Source of the DNA: Thermoplasmata archaeon
GTDB taxonomy: Archaea; Thermoplasmatota; Thermoplasmata; Lutacidiplasmatales; UBA184
Length of the DNA: 64,000 nucleotides
Assembly (NCBI GenBank): GCA_021823345.1
Contig: JAKAOF010000003.1
Location: forward strand, 23,545 to 87,544
Reading direction: 5' to 3'
Shown: piece by piece, positions 28,229 to 35,789 of the stretch
Layout: each line of letters starts with the position of its first letter
Position numbering within the stretch: the first letter of the stretch is position 1
Notes under the pieces: model-generated
What the model saw: only the letters and a program-made list of their open reading frames with translations
Database searches by the model: none
Told to the model about the DNA's origin: nothing
Translations under genes and position numbers: made by a program

Positions 28229-29605
28229 TCAACCCGAACCATCTGCTCTAAGGCGGTGCGAAGGACGCAGCACCGCGAGCCGGAACCGCGTGTCGCCCGG
28301 CAATGCCGCGAGATGCCGCCGGGCCGACTCCGCGGGGAGATGGATTCCCAACAGGTGGGAACGATCTACCGCGCTCCCTTCGGCCGCTTCGGGGGGGAAC
28401 CGGGTCCGACAGGACCGGCAACGGTACCCCTTGCCCCGCCCCAGGGAGTTCGCCGATCGATGGCAGGTCGGGCACACCGGATTCCTCCGCTTCAACATGT
28501 GCGAGCGGAGGGACCGCACCTGGATCCCTTCCAGACGGAGAACGGGATCCTTCGCCCCCCAGGGGACGCTCCCCCAAACGGAGATCTCATCCCCCGGGAC
28601 GAGCTCTCGGACGACCCCGACAAGCTCCTTGCCCGGTTCGAACGCGAGGCAGGGGATCTCCCCTGTGTCATCCTTGAGCGAGAAACGGACGTGTCCGCCG
28701 CGAAGCGATAGGGGGGCCGAGGCGAGGGCCCCAGAGAGCGCGGGAGTCATCCCGGGTGCCACCTGGGAGACCGGGAGGGACTGAACATGGTCCCCGGTCG
28801 CTTGGTTGCTCACAAAAAGGACCCGCCGGTCCACCGCTTCGGACTCCACACTACACGAGGCGTCGAGCAGACGACGCGGCGCTCGCCCCCGGACACCGAA
28901 GAGGATGGGGCACGGGGTGTGCGGGGTGACGAGGAGTCGATGGTGCTTCTCGTCCCAGGACAAGAAGGTCTCCGGGTATTGGTCGGCCATCTTTTGCACG
29001 CTCTCGGCGCTCACCGACCGAGGGGTTCCCCATCGGGAGCGTTTCCGGTAGCTGATGACCTCCCAGGTACGGCGTTGGCCGGGCCAGGCGATGGCGGCTG
29101 CGGCACCCACGATGCCCGCGCCGCTCCCGTAGCTCACGTATCCGCTGCCGGGAACGTTGCCCAGGCACTCGACGGCCTGTTGGGGAGTCACTTCGGTCCG
29201 CACGGCCGACCAATATAGTTCGCTCGGGAGGAGGCGAGGAGCCCACGCGAGCGCCGGGTCGGTCCCCGGCTCTCCCCATCGGGCCTCCCGCCGCAGGACT
29301 CGCAGGACCCGTCCAAGGAACGCTTGGAACTCTCCCCCCGATAGCGGTCGCCCCCGGAGGAACGCGCGCACGGTCTCCCCGCCCCAGATCCCGACCGGGC
29401 GCCGGGGCCCCGTACCGTGGACCAGATGGAGGGCGAGCGCCGCGTTCCCGCGGGTCTTGAACGGAACGTTCGGGTTCAGCCGAACGAGACGAGGGTACCC
29501 TTGGATATCCAGACCGGCGTCCAGGGCCCCCCGTAGGATCTCGGAGACCACCCAAGTGGTGCACCCCCCCGTGGGGGAGTCCGTATCATCGACGCCGAGC
29601 CACAA
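28229..29605 (-). CDS. tiaS: tRNA(Ile2) 2-agmatinylcytidine synthetase TiaS
   Basis: N-terminal MWLGVDDTDSPTGGCTTWV (the characteristic TiaS kinase-like start) and C-terminal zinc ribbon CPTCHRS...CRSCRT. 458 aa. Confidence 0.8.
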   Translation of the reverse strand: MWLGVDDTDSPTGGCTTWVVSEILRGALDAGLDIQGYPRLVRLNPNVPFKTRGNAALALHLVHGTGPRRPVGIWGGETVRAFLRGRPLSGGEFQAFLGRVLRVLRREARWGEPGTDPALAWAPRLLPSELYWSAVRTEVTPQQAVECLGNVPGSGYVSYGSGAGIVGAAAAIAWPGQRRTWEVISYRKRSRWGTPRSVSAESVQKMADQYPETFLSWDEKHHRLLVTPHTPCPILFGVRGRAPRRLLDASCSVESEAVDRRVLFVSNQATGDHVQSLPVSQVAPGMTPALSGALASAPLSLRGGHVRFSLKDDTGEIPCLAFEPGKELVGVVRELVPGDEISVWGSVPWGAKDPVLRLEGIQVRSLRSHMLKRRNPVCPTCHRSANSLGRGKGYRCRSCRTRFPPEAAEGSAVDRSHLLGIHLPAESARRHLAALPGDTRFRLAVLRPSHRLRADGSG

Positions 29606-29611
29606 GCGGGA

Positions 29612-30484
29612 TCATTCGAGGGCGGCGAGCATCTTCTCGTAGCGAGCGGCGTTCTTGGCCAACGAGATGTCGGCGACCGCCGGGCCCGCGGCGACATCGG
29701 GCATGAGCGCCTTGTCGAGCGACGGGCGGAGCTGGCTGTCGGGGGTGCGGTAGATCGCGCCCACGGGGATCCGGCCCGAGTTCATCACGTCGAGCACGGT
29801 CGAGAAGGCCTTGCCCCGGTCCGCTGGATCGTAGCCCGGGCGTTTCCCGACGTCCTCGATCCGCTCGCGCCAGAGGTCATAGGTATCGTTGTACGTCACG
29901 CAGGGGGAAAGTATCTCGACGAAGGCGAATCCCTTGCGTTCCTGGGTGAAGCGGAGCGCTTCGGTGACCAACGCGGTCGCCTCCTTGGGCGTGCCGGAGA
30001 ATCCCCGCGCGATGAAGGATGCCGCCGGGATCGACAATGCCGTCAGCACCGCATCCACTGGAGGCTCCAAGTTCCCTTCGAATCCGACCAGGCTCGTAGG
30101 GGAAGCTTGTCCCTTGGTGAGACCGTAGGTCTCGTTGTTCATCACCACGTAGACGATCGAGGCGTTCTTCTTCAGCGTGTGGACAAAGTGACCCATCCCG
30201 ATCGCGTAGCCATCCCCGTCGCCTCCCAACGCCACGACCGTGAGCTTCGGGTTCGCGAGCTTGACACCGACCGCGGTGGGCAACAGGCGCCCGTGGAGCG
30301 CGTGGAACCCGTAGGCGTCCATGAAGTTGTGGATACCACCGGAGCATCCGATGCCTCCCACGAGCACGAGATTCTCGGAGGGGATCTTGAGCTCGAGGAC
30401 TCCCTTCTTCACGGCGGCCATCACACCGAAGTCTCCGCATCCCGGGCACCAGGTGGGTTGAATGGGCTTCACGTGTTCGACCAT
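29612..30484 (-). CDS. korB: 2-oxoacid:ferredoxin oxidoreductase beta subunit (TPP-binding)
   Basis: WCPGCGDFG...GIGCSG...GGDGDGYAIGMGHF (TPP-binding GDG), 290 aa. Confidence 0.9.
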   Translation of the reverse strand: MVEHVKPIQPTWCPGCGDFGVMAAVKKGVLELKIPSENLVLVGGIGCSGGIHNFMDAYGFHALHGRLLPTAVGVKLANPKLTVVALGGDGDGYAIGMGHFVHTLKKNASIVYVVMNNETYGLTKGQASPTSLVGFEGNLEPPVDAVLTALSIPAASFIARGFSGTPKEATALVTEALRFTQERKGFAFVEILSPCVTYNDTYDLWRERIEDVGKRPGYDPADRGKAFSTVLDVMNSGRIPVGAIYRTPDSQLRPSLDKALMPDVAAGPAVADISLAKNAARYEKMLAALE

Positions 30485-30486
30485 GT

Positions 30487-32346
30487 TCAGAACCCCCCTC
30501 CTTCGCCCTCATGTACCACGATCGGAGTCTTGGACGGACCGTAGGACACGTGCTCCGTCATCATCTGTTCAACGTGGCCCGCGATCTCCTCGGCCACGAA
30601 CGGATTCCCATCATACTTCACGATGCTCTCGATGTTGGGGGCGGTCACGTAGCCCCGGATCAACCGGGCGAACTGCCCCATGTAGTTATGTTCCACCACG
30701 AAGACCACGTCCACGCTCGAAAGGAACGGAGCCAGGGTCTCGACCGGCACGGGCCACAGGGTCCGGGCCTGGTAGAAGCGACTGGTGATCCCCTTGCGCT
30801 TGAGAAGTGCCTGGGCCTCTCGGATGGGGCCGAAGGTCCCTCCGAAGCCGATGAAGCCTACCCGGGCCTTCTCGTCGCCCCAGTACAGGGGAGGCGGGAG
30901 GTCGGGCTTGGCCAAGCGTAGTCGCGTCATGCGCTTCGCCATCATCATCTTGCGGTTCTCGACGTTGACCGAGACGTGGCCCCACTCATCGTGCTCGTTC
31001 CCGGTGACCTGGGATTGGCCCCCTTTCATGCCGGGAATGGAGCGGGGGGAAACCCCGTCCTTGGTGAACTCGTAGCGCTTGTAGGCGGCCATGGCATCGA
31101 GCTGCTCCTGGGTGAGGAGCTTGCCTCGATCGACCGAGACCCCCTTCAGGTTGAACCGTGGTGCGGATTGCATGTTCTCGCCGTGGGCCTGGTCCATCAG
31201 GAAGATGATGGGCAGTTGCCACTTCTCGGCGAGGTTGAGGGACTGGATCATGAGGTCGTAGGCATCCTGGGGAAACCCGGGAGCGATGACGAACCGGGGA
31301 AACTCCCCATGCGATGCGAACACGGAGTGGAGGAGATCGCTCTGCTCGTTCCGCGTGGGCTCGCCGGTGCTGGGTCCGACCCGCTGGCAGTCGTTGATGA
31401 TGACGGGGATCTCCGCCTCGCCGGCATGTCCCAGGGCCTCGGTCATCAGCGAGAATCCCGGTCCGCTGGTCGCCGTCATGGCTCGAGCCCCGGCATACGC
31501 AGCGCCGAGGGTCATGTTAATGGCCGAAAGCTCGTCCTCGGCCTGTCGAACGATGCCCTGGTATTGCGGCAAGATCTTCATGAGCGTCTCCATGACCGAG
31601 GTGGCCGGAGTGATGGGATATCCGGCGAAGAACCGGCCCCCACCGACGACGAACCCGTAGGCGAGCGCCTGATTTCCGGTGAGCAGCACCTGATCGGTTG
31701 CGGTTCCCCGCTCCACGGTGAACCGGGGCTTCGGGTCCGGGCTCTTTTCGGCCAGTTCGGCGCCGAGATCGAAGGCCGAGAGGTTCTTTACGCGGGCCTC
31801 TTCGCTCCGCCGTCCGAAGCGTTGCTCGACCACCTTTCGGGCCCCCTCGCGGTCCATCCCCATGAGGACGCTGAGCGCCCCGAAGGCGAGGACGTTCTTG
31901 TAGAGCGGGTTTCCCAACTTGCTCGCGGCCGTGATGGACAGGGGGAGCAGGATGGTATTGGGCCCGGGGTTGGTGACGACCTTCTCATCCCCGAGGATGA
32001 ACCCGTCGGGGCTCAATGACTTCTCATCGAAGGTGATGGCATCCTGGTGGAACGCGACGATCACATCCTGGAACGCCTTCTGCGCCAGGGTGGGCTCGAT
32101 GGAGGCGCGGGAGGAGGAGGCGGCGTATCCGCCCCGAATACGGGAGAGCACCTTGCGGGAATTGTAGACGTAGAGCCCCCGGGAGTGGAAGTAGCGAGCG
32201 AGAAGGTCCGAGACGGTGAGGGTGCCGTCCCCGCCCTGGCCACCGATCAACACCGATAGGTCCTTGAGGACCCGATTCGCGGGTGCTTTCGCAGGGGAGG
32301 ATGCCGCCGGATGCTCCGGATGGGTCGCAGGAATGCTTTCGGACAT
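30487..32346 (-). CDS. korA: 2-oxoacid:ferredoxin oxidoreductase alpha subunit (gamma-alpha fusion)
   Basis: N-terminal gamma-like domain (IGGQGGDGTLT), then the alpha domain. 619 aa. Two-subunit OFOR type, as in Sulfolobus/Thermoplasma/Halobacterium. Confidence 0.9.
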   Translation of the reverse strand: MSESIPATHPEHPAASSPAKAPANRVLKDLSVLIGGQGGDGTLTVSDLLARYFHSRGLYVYNSRKVLSRIRGGYAASSSRASIEPTLAQKAFQDVIVAFHQDAITFDEKSLSPDGFILGDEKVVTNPGPNTILLPLSITAASKLGNPLYKNVLAFGALSVLMGMDREGARKVVEQRFGRRSEEARVKNLSAFDLGAELAEKSPDPKPRFTVERGTATDQVLLTGNQALAYGFVVGGGRFFAGYPITPATSVMETLMKILPQYQGIVRQAEDELSAINMTLGAAYAGARAMTATSGPGFSLMTEALGHAGEAEIPVIINDCQRVGPSTGEPTRNEQSDLLHSVFASHGEFPRFVIAPGFPQDAYDLMIQSLNLAEKWQLPIIFLMDQAHGENMQSAPRFNLKGVSVDRGKLLTQEQLDAMAAYKRYEFTKDGVSPRSIPGMKGGQSQVTGNEHDEWGHVSVNVENRKMMMAKRMTRLRLAKPDLPPPLYWGDEKARVGFIGFGGTFGPIREAQALLKRKGITSRFYQARTLWPVPVETLAPFLSSVDVVFVVEHNYMGQFARLIRGYVTAPNIESIVKYDGNPFVAEEIAGHVEQMMTEHVSYGPSKTPIVVHEGEGGGF

Positions 32347-32548
32347 GTTCGTATTTTATTACTAGGCGCAAGATGGCTTTCCCTATTTAATCTCTTTCAA
32401 ACAAAACACGCCGGACCGGGGGAGACTCGGCGGTGATGTCGATGGTCATTTTCGGACGGCAGCGCCGCCCGTTATCCAACGGCGTCCGAAGCGGGGCCCG
32501 GCAAGAACGGCCCCGGCTCCCCTACGCGCCGTCCCGGCCCCGATGTCC

Positions 32549-32575
32549 AGTATATAAGGGCCAACCTTTAAATCT
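32549..32575 (+). promoter_or_regulatory. AT-rich TATA-like elements (gtatataagg / ctttaaatc) upstream of the PRC-barrel gene; a divergent korA promoter (ccctatttaa) lies at ~32381..32392
   Basis: The 257-bp divergent intergenic spacer holds the only AT-rich stretches in this neighbourhood. This is an inference. Confidence 0.35.
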
Positions 32576-32603
32576 CCGAAGACCATCTATTTAAGGGGAA
32601 TCA

Positions 32604-33842
32604 ATGGGGGTCATGAAGAGTCTCAAGGAGAGCGTGTGGCCCACGGGAAAGAAGAACCTCGGTTCTCCGGTCTATGTCGAGGAGGACGGCCCCATCCTGG
32701 GGATCGTGGACGATGTCTTCGTGGACCGTTCCTCGGGCAAACCCCTCGCCTACAAGATCCTCGCCTCGGGCCAATACTTGGAACTTCCGGCCGAAGCGGT
32801 CTCGGAAACCCCCGGAGGCTACATCTACCGTTCGCCGTGGTTCGCCGAGGCGGATGCCCTCCTCCGGAAGCTCGAGGGACAGAACCTCGTCATGCCCGAG
32901 CTTTTCTTCTCGACCCCCGCGACGGCGAGCTCGGACCGCCGGCTGCTCGAGTCCGCCATGCAACGCTCCCCCGCCCTCAAGAAGCTGGTGGATGAGGCGA
33001 AGGACCTCCACAAGGATCTCCTGCCGCGGCTTGAATCGATGGAGCAGGAGAAGGCCCGCCTCGTCGGACAGATCGCGGACCTTACCGAAGGGATGGCGAG
33101 CGGACGGATCGACAAGGAATCCTATCGCGAGGGATTCGTCGCCCTGAAACGCCGGCTCCAAGTTCTTGACGCCTCCGTGCGGCGGGGAGAATCCCTGCGT
33201 TCCCGCCTCGAAGGGGTTCCCTTCGTCCGGCTTTCCTTGAACGGCCATGCGAGCCATGCTCGGGAGCCCACCAACGGGCACACCCCGGCATTCACCGGTA
33301 CGCCCGTGGCGCCCGGCGCCCGCCCCGAGGAATGGCGGCGGGTGAAGAAGCTCCGGGTTCTGCGGTCCGAAAAGGAGATCCGCGAGAAGGAAGAGCACCT
33401 GGCCAAGATGGAGAAGGAGCTTGAGCACTTCGGACTTCCGCTGGACCAAGCGGTCCAGGCCCTGGCCTCGGACTTTGCCACCCTTTCGGAAGCGAGCGAG
33501 CGCGGCCCCGAAGCCCTCAAGGCAGAGCTTCGCCGCCGGCTCGAGGTGGTCCGACCCTCGCCTGCGCCCAGCGCTGCCGCGAAGTCTAGCAAGTCCCTTC
33601 CCGACCTTCCCTCTGAAAATCCGAAAGCCACCTGCGCGTTCTGCGGTGAGCCCTTGAAGGGCGGGGAGCCCACGTGTCCCGCCTGCCACGCGGATCTCGC
33701 CCATGTGGAACGGGCGAAGGAAGGCGCGGGAGCGCCCTCCAAGACGGATGTCTTCTTCAAGGGAGGTGGGGCCACCAAGACCGGGGTCGTCCTCCTCGTC
33801 ATCGGGGCCGCACTGTTCCTGCTCAGTCACTTTTTGCACTGA
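32604..33842 (+). CDS. tail-anchored PRC-barrel protein with long coiled coil and C-terminal zinc ribbon + TM anchor (CdvA/CdpB-like architecture)
   Basis: N-terminus GKKNLGSPVYVEEDGPILGIVDDVFVDRSSGKPLAYKI (PRC-barrel-like). Residues ~130-330 are heptad-rich and charged. CAFCGEPLKGGEPTCPACH zinc ribbon. C-terminal TGVVLLVIGAALFLLSHFLH. Confidence 0.6.
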   Translation: MGVMKSLKESVWPTGKKNLGSPVYVEEDGPILGIVDDVFVDRSSGKPLAYKILASGQYLELPAEAVSETPGGYIYRSPWFAEADALLRKLEGQNLVMPELFFSTPATASSDRRLLESAMQRSPALKKLVDEAKDLHKDLLPRLESMEQEKARLVGQIADLTEGMASGRIDKESYREGFVALKRRLQVLDASVRRGESLRSRLEGVPFVRLSLNGHASHAREPTNGHTPAFTGTPVAPGARPEEWRRVKKLRVLRSEKEIREKEEHLAKMEKELEHFGLPLDQAVQALASDFATLSEASERGPEALKAELRRRLEVVRPSPAPSAAAKSSKSLPDLPSENPKATCAFCGEPLKGGEPTCPACHADLAHVERAKEGAGAPSKTDVFFKGGGATKTGVVLLVIGAALFLLSHFLH

Positions 33843-33880
33843 CGGTGGCAGGAAAGGAGCAGGGAGGTTCGGAGCAGGCG

Positions 33881-35701
33881 ATGGTGGACCCCGAACCGCC
33901 CCAACCCGCCCCCCGCAAAGCCCCATCCAACGAATCCAATTCCACGCTCGACGATATCGCGAGCGACCTCGACTCTATCCTACGCAAGACGGACCAGCAG
34001 ATCGCGAACGGTGCCGCGGAGCAGCCTCCGGCCCTGAAGGAAACGGACTCGGTGCTCGACGAGATCCTCGGCGAGGAGAAGTTCGTCGGGGACGAGTCCC
34101 TTTGCCCGGCGTGCGGTGCGGTGACGAACGTCTATTCGGACCGCTGCGACAATTGCGGGGCCCTCTTCGATGACACCAGTTGCCGGTGCGGTCACTGTGG
34201 GGCGGAGGTTCCCAAGGAGGCGCTCTTCTGCACGGCCTGCAACATGCCCCTCACCGAGAGCGAAGCGCTCTGTCCGGTCTGTTCCACGGCGGTGCCCTAC
34301 CGGGCGGCCAGCTGTCCCTCCTGCGGCTCGGAACTGGCGGAAGGGGATGTCCGATGCGCCAGCTGTGGGAACATCGTGGAACCCAATGCCGTCGCATGTA
34401 CGGCCTGCGGTACCCTGCTCATCGAGGGGGCGAAGACCAAGTCCGAAGCGGTTGCCCAGATGATCAGTCCCCCTTCAGGGACCATCGTGGCGACGGCCGT
34501 CCCGGTCAAGGCGGTCCTCGAGGGAGGAGGAGGGGTCTCCGAGGTGGCGGTCGATAACCGCATCGAGAACAAGCTCACGGTCGAGGCCGTCCTGAAGCCG
34601 GCCCCGGAGCCCGAGGGCCCGCGAAAGCCCAAGGGGGGGAACCTGGTAGACAAGGCGCGGGAGCGGCGCAAGGAATCGCTGTTCCCCTTTACCGCCGTCA
34701 TCGGACAGGAAAAGATGAAGCTCGCCCTCATCCTGAACGTGGTCGATCCCCTCGTCGGCGGGGTGCTCATCACCGGGCAGAAGGGGACGGGCAAGTCGGT
34801 GACCGTCCGGGGTCTCGCTGAGATCACCCCCGAGATCCGGGTCATTGACGGTTGCCGTTTCTCATGCGATCCGGACAAGCAGAGCTACTGGTGCTGGGAG
34901 TGTCACGAGAAGTACGACCAGACCGCGCCCGAATCCTTGCCGGTGAAGAGCCGCCCGCTCCGGGTCGTCGACCTTCCCCTCAATGCGACCGAAGACCGGG
35001 TCGTGGGTACCCTCGACGTGAGCAAGGTCCTCACCGAAGGGGTCTTCCAGTTCGAGTCCGGGGTGCTGGCGGAAGCGAACCGCGGTGTCCTCTACGTGGA
35101 TGAGATCAACCTCCTCGATGACTACGTGGTGGATGTCCTGCTCGACGCGGCCGCCATGGGAGTCGTCACGGTGGAGCGCGAAGGAGTCTCAGTCCGCTAT
35201 CCGGCCCGGTTCGTGATGGTCGGAAGCATGAACCCCGAAGAGGGAGGATTGCGTCCCCAGTTGCTCGACCGGATCGCCCTGGAGGTGTCGGTGACCGGCA
35301 TCGAGGCCCTCGACAAGCGGATGGAAGTGGTCCAGCGCCGCATGGACTTCGAGAGCGATCCCCTCACGTTCCGGGGTCGCTTCGACATGGAACAGCAGTC
35401 GGTGCGCGAGAAGATCCGCCTTGCCCGGGAGATCCTTCCTCGGGTGAAGATCCCCCCCAAGCTCTTTGCGTCGATCCCCAAGGTGACCACCGCGTTCGGA
35501 GTCGATGGGCACCGGGCGGACATTATGATCGAGCGGGGAGCGGCGGCGCTCGCGGCCTACGAGGGCCGGACCGCGGTCGATGCGGAGGACATCTTCCGGG
35601 TGGCCGACATGGTGCTGCCCCACCGTATGCGTCGCAAGCCGTTCGAGCAAAACGAGTTCTCGAGCGACCGGCTCAAGCGGCTCATCGCGGACACCCTTTG
35701 A
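33881..35701 (+). CDS. ChlI/BchI-family AAA+ ATPase with N-terminal multi-zinc-ribbon domain
   Basis: Eight CxxC pairs (CPACGA, CDNCGA, CRCGHCGA, CTACNM, CPVCST, CPSCGS, CASCGN, CTACGT). Then FTAVIGQEKMKLALILNVVDPLVGGVLITGQKGTGKS, GVLYVDEINLLDDYVVDVLLDAAAMGVVTVEREGVSVRYPARFVMVGSMNPEEGGLRPQLLDRI and AAYEGR...LPHR. This is near-canonical ChlI with a Cys-rich insert CRFSCDPDKQSYWCWECH. Confidence 0.8.
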   Translation: MVDPEPPQPAPRKAPSNESNSTLDDIASDLDSILRKTDQQIANGAAEQPPALKETDSVLDEILGEEKFVGDESLCPACGAVTNVYSDRCDNCGALFDDTSCRCGHCGAEVPKEALFCTACNMPLTESEALCPVCSTAVPYRAASCPSCGSELAEGDVRCASCGNIVEPNAVACTACGTLLIEGAKTKSEAVAQMISPPSGTIVATAVPVKAVLEGGGGVSEVAVDNRIENKLTVEAVLKPAPEPEGPRKPKGGNLVDKARERRKESLFPFTAVIGQEKMKLALILNVVDPLVGGVLITGQKGTGKSVTVRGLAEITPEIRVIDGCRFSCDPDKQSYWCWECHEKYDQTAPESLPVKSRPLRVVDLPLNATEDRVVGTLDVSKVLTEGVFQFESGVLAEANRGVLYVDEINLLDDYVVDVLLDAAAMGVVTVEREGVSVRYPARFVMVGSMNPEEGGLRPQLLDRIALEVSVTGIEALDKRMEVVQRRMDFESDPLTFRGRFDMEQQSVREKIRLAREILPRVKIPPKLFASIPKVTTAFGVDGHRADIMIERGAAALAAYEGRTAVDAEDIFRVADMVLPHRMRRKPFEQNEFSSDRLKRLIADTL

Positions 35702-35789
35702 GTCCGGGAAGGCCGAGGCGCCAGGAATCGGGCTCGGAACCCGCCACCGTTAATATCACCGCGTGGTTATCTCAGGGAAGGAGTGGTGA

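Noticed and set aside
27393-28251. ORFs 27393..27875 (+) and 27535..28251 (+) as protein genes
   Set aside because: The translations are low-complexity (R/P/S-rich) with weaker third-position GC bias than neighbours. I have treated the region as a candidate ncRNA or decayed locus instead (see findings). A short real ORF in the distal third is not excluded.
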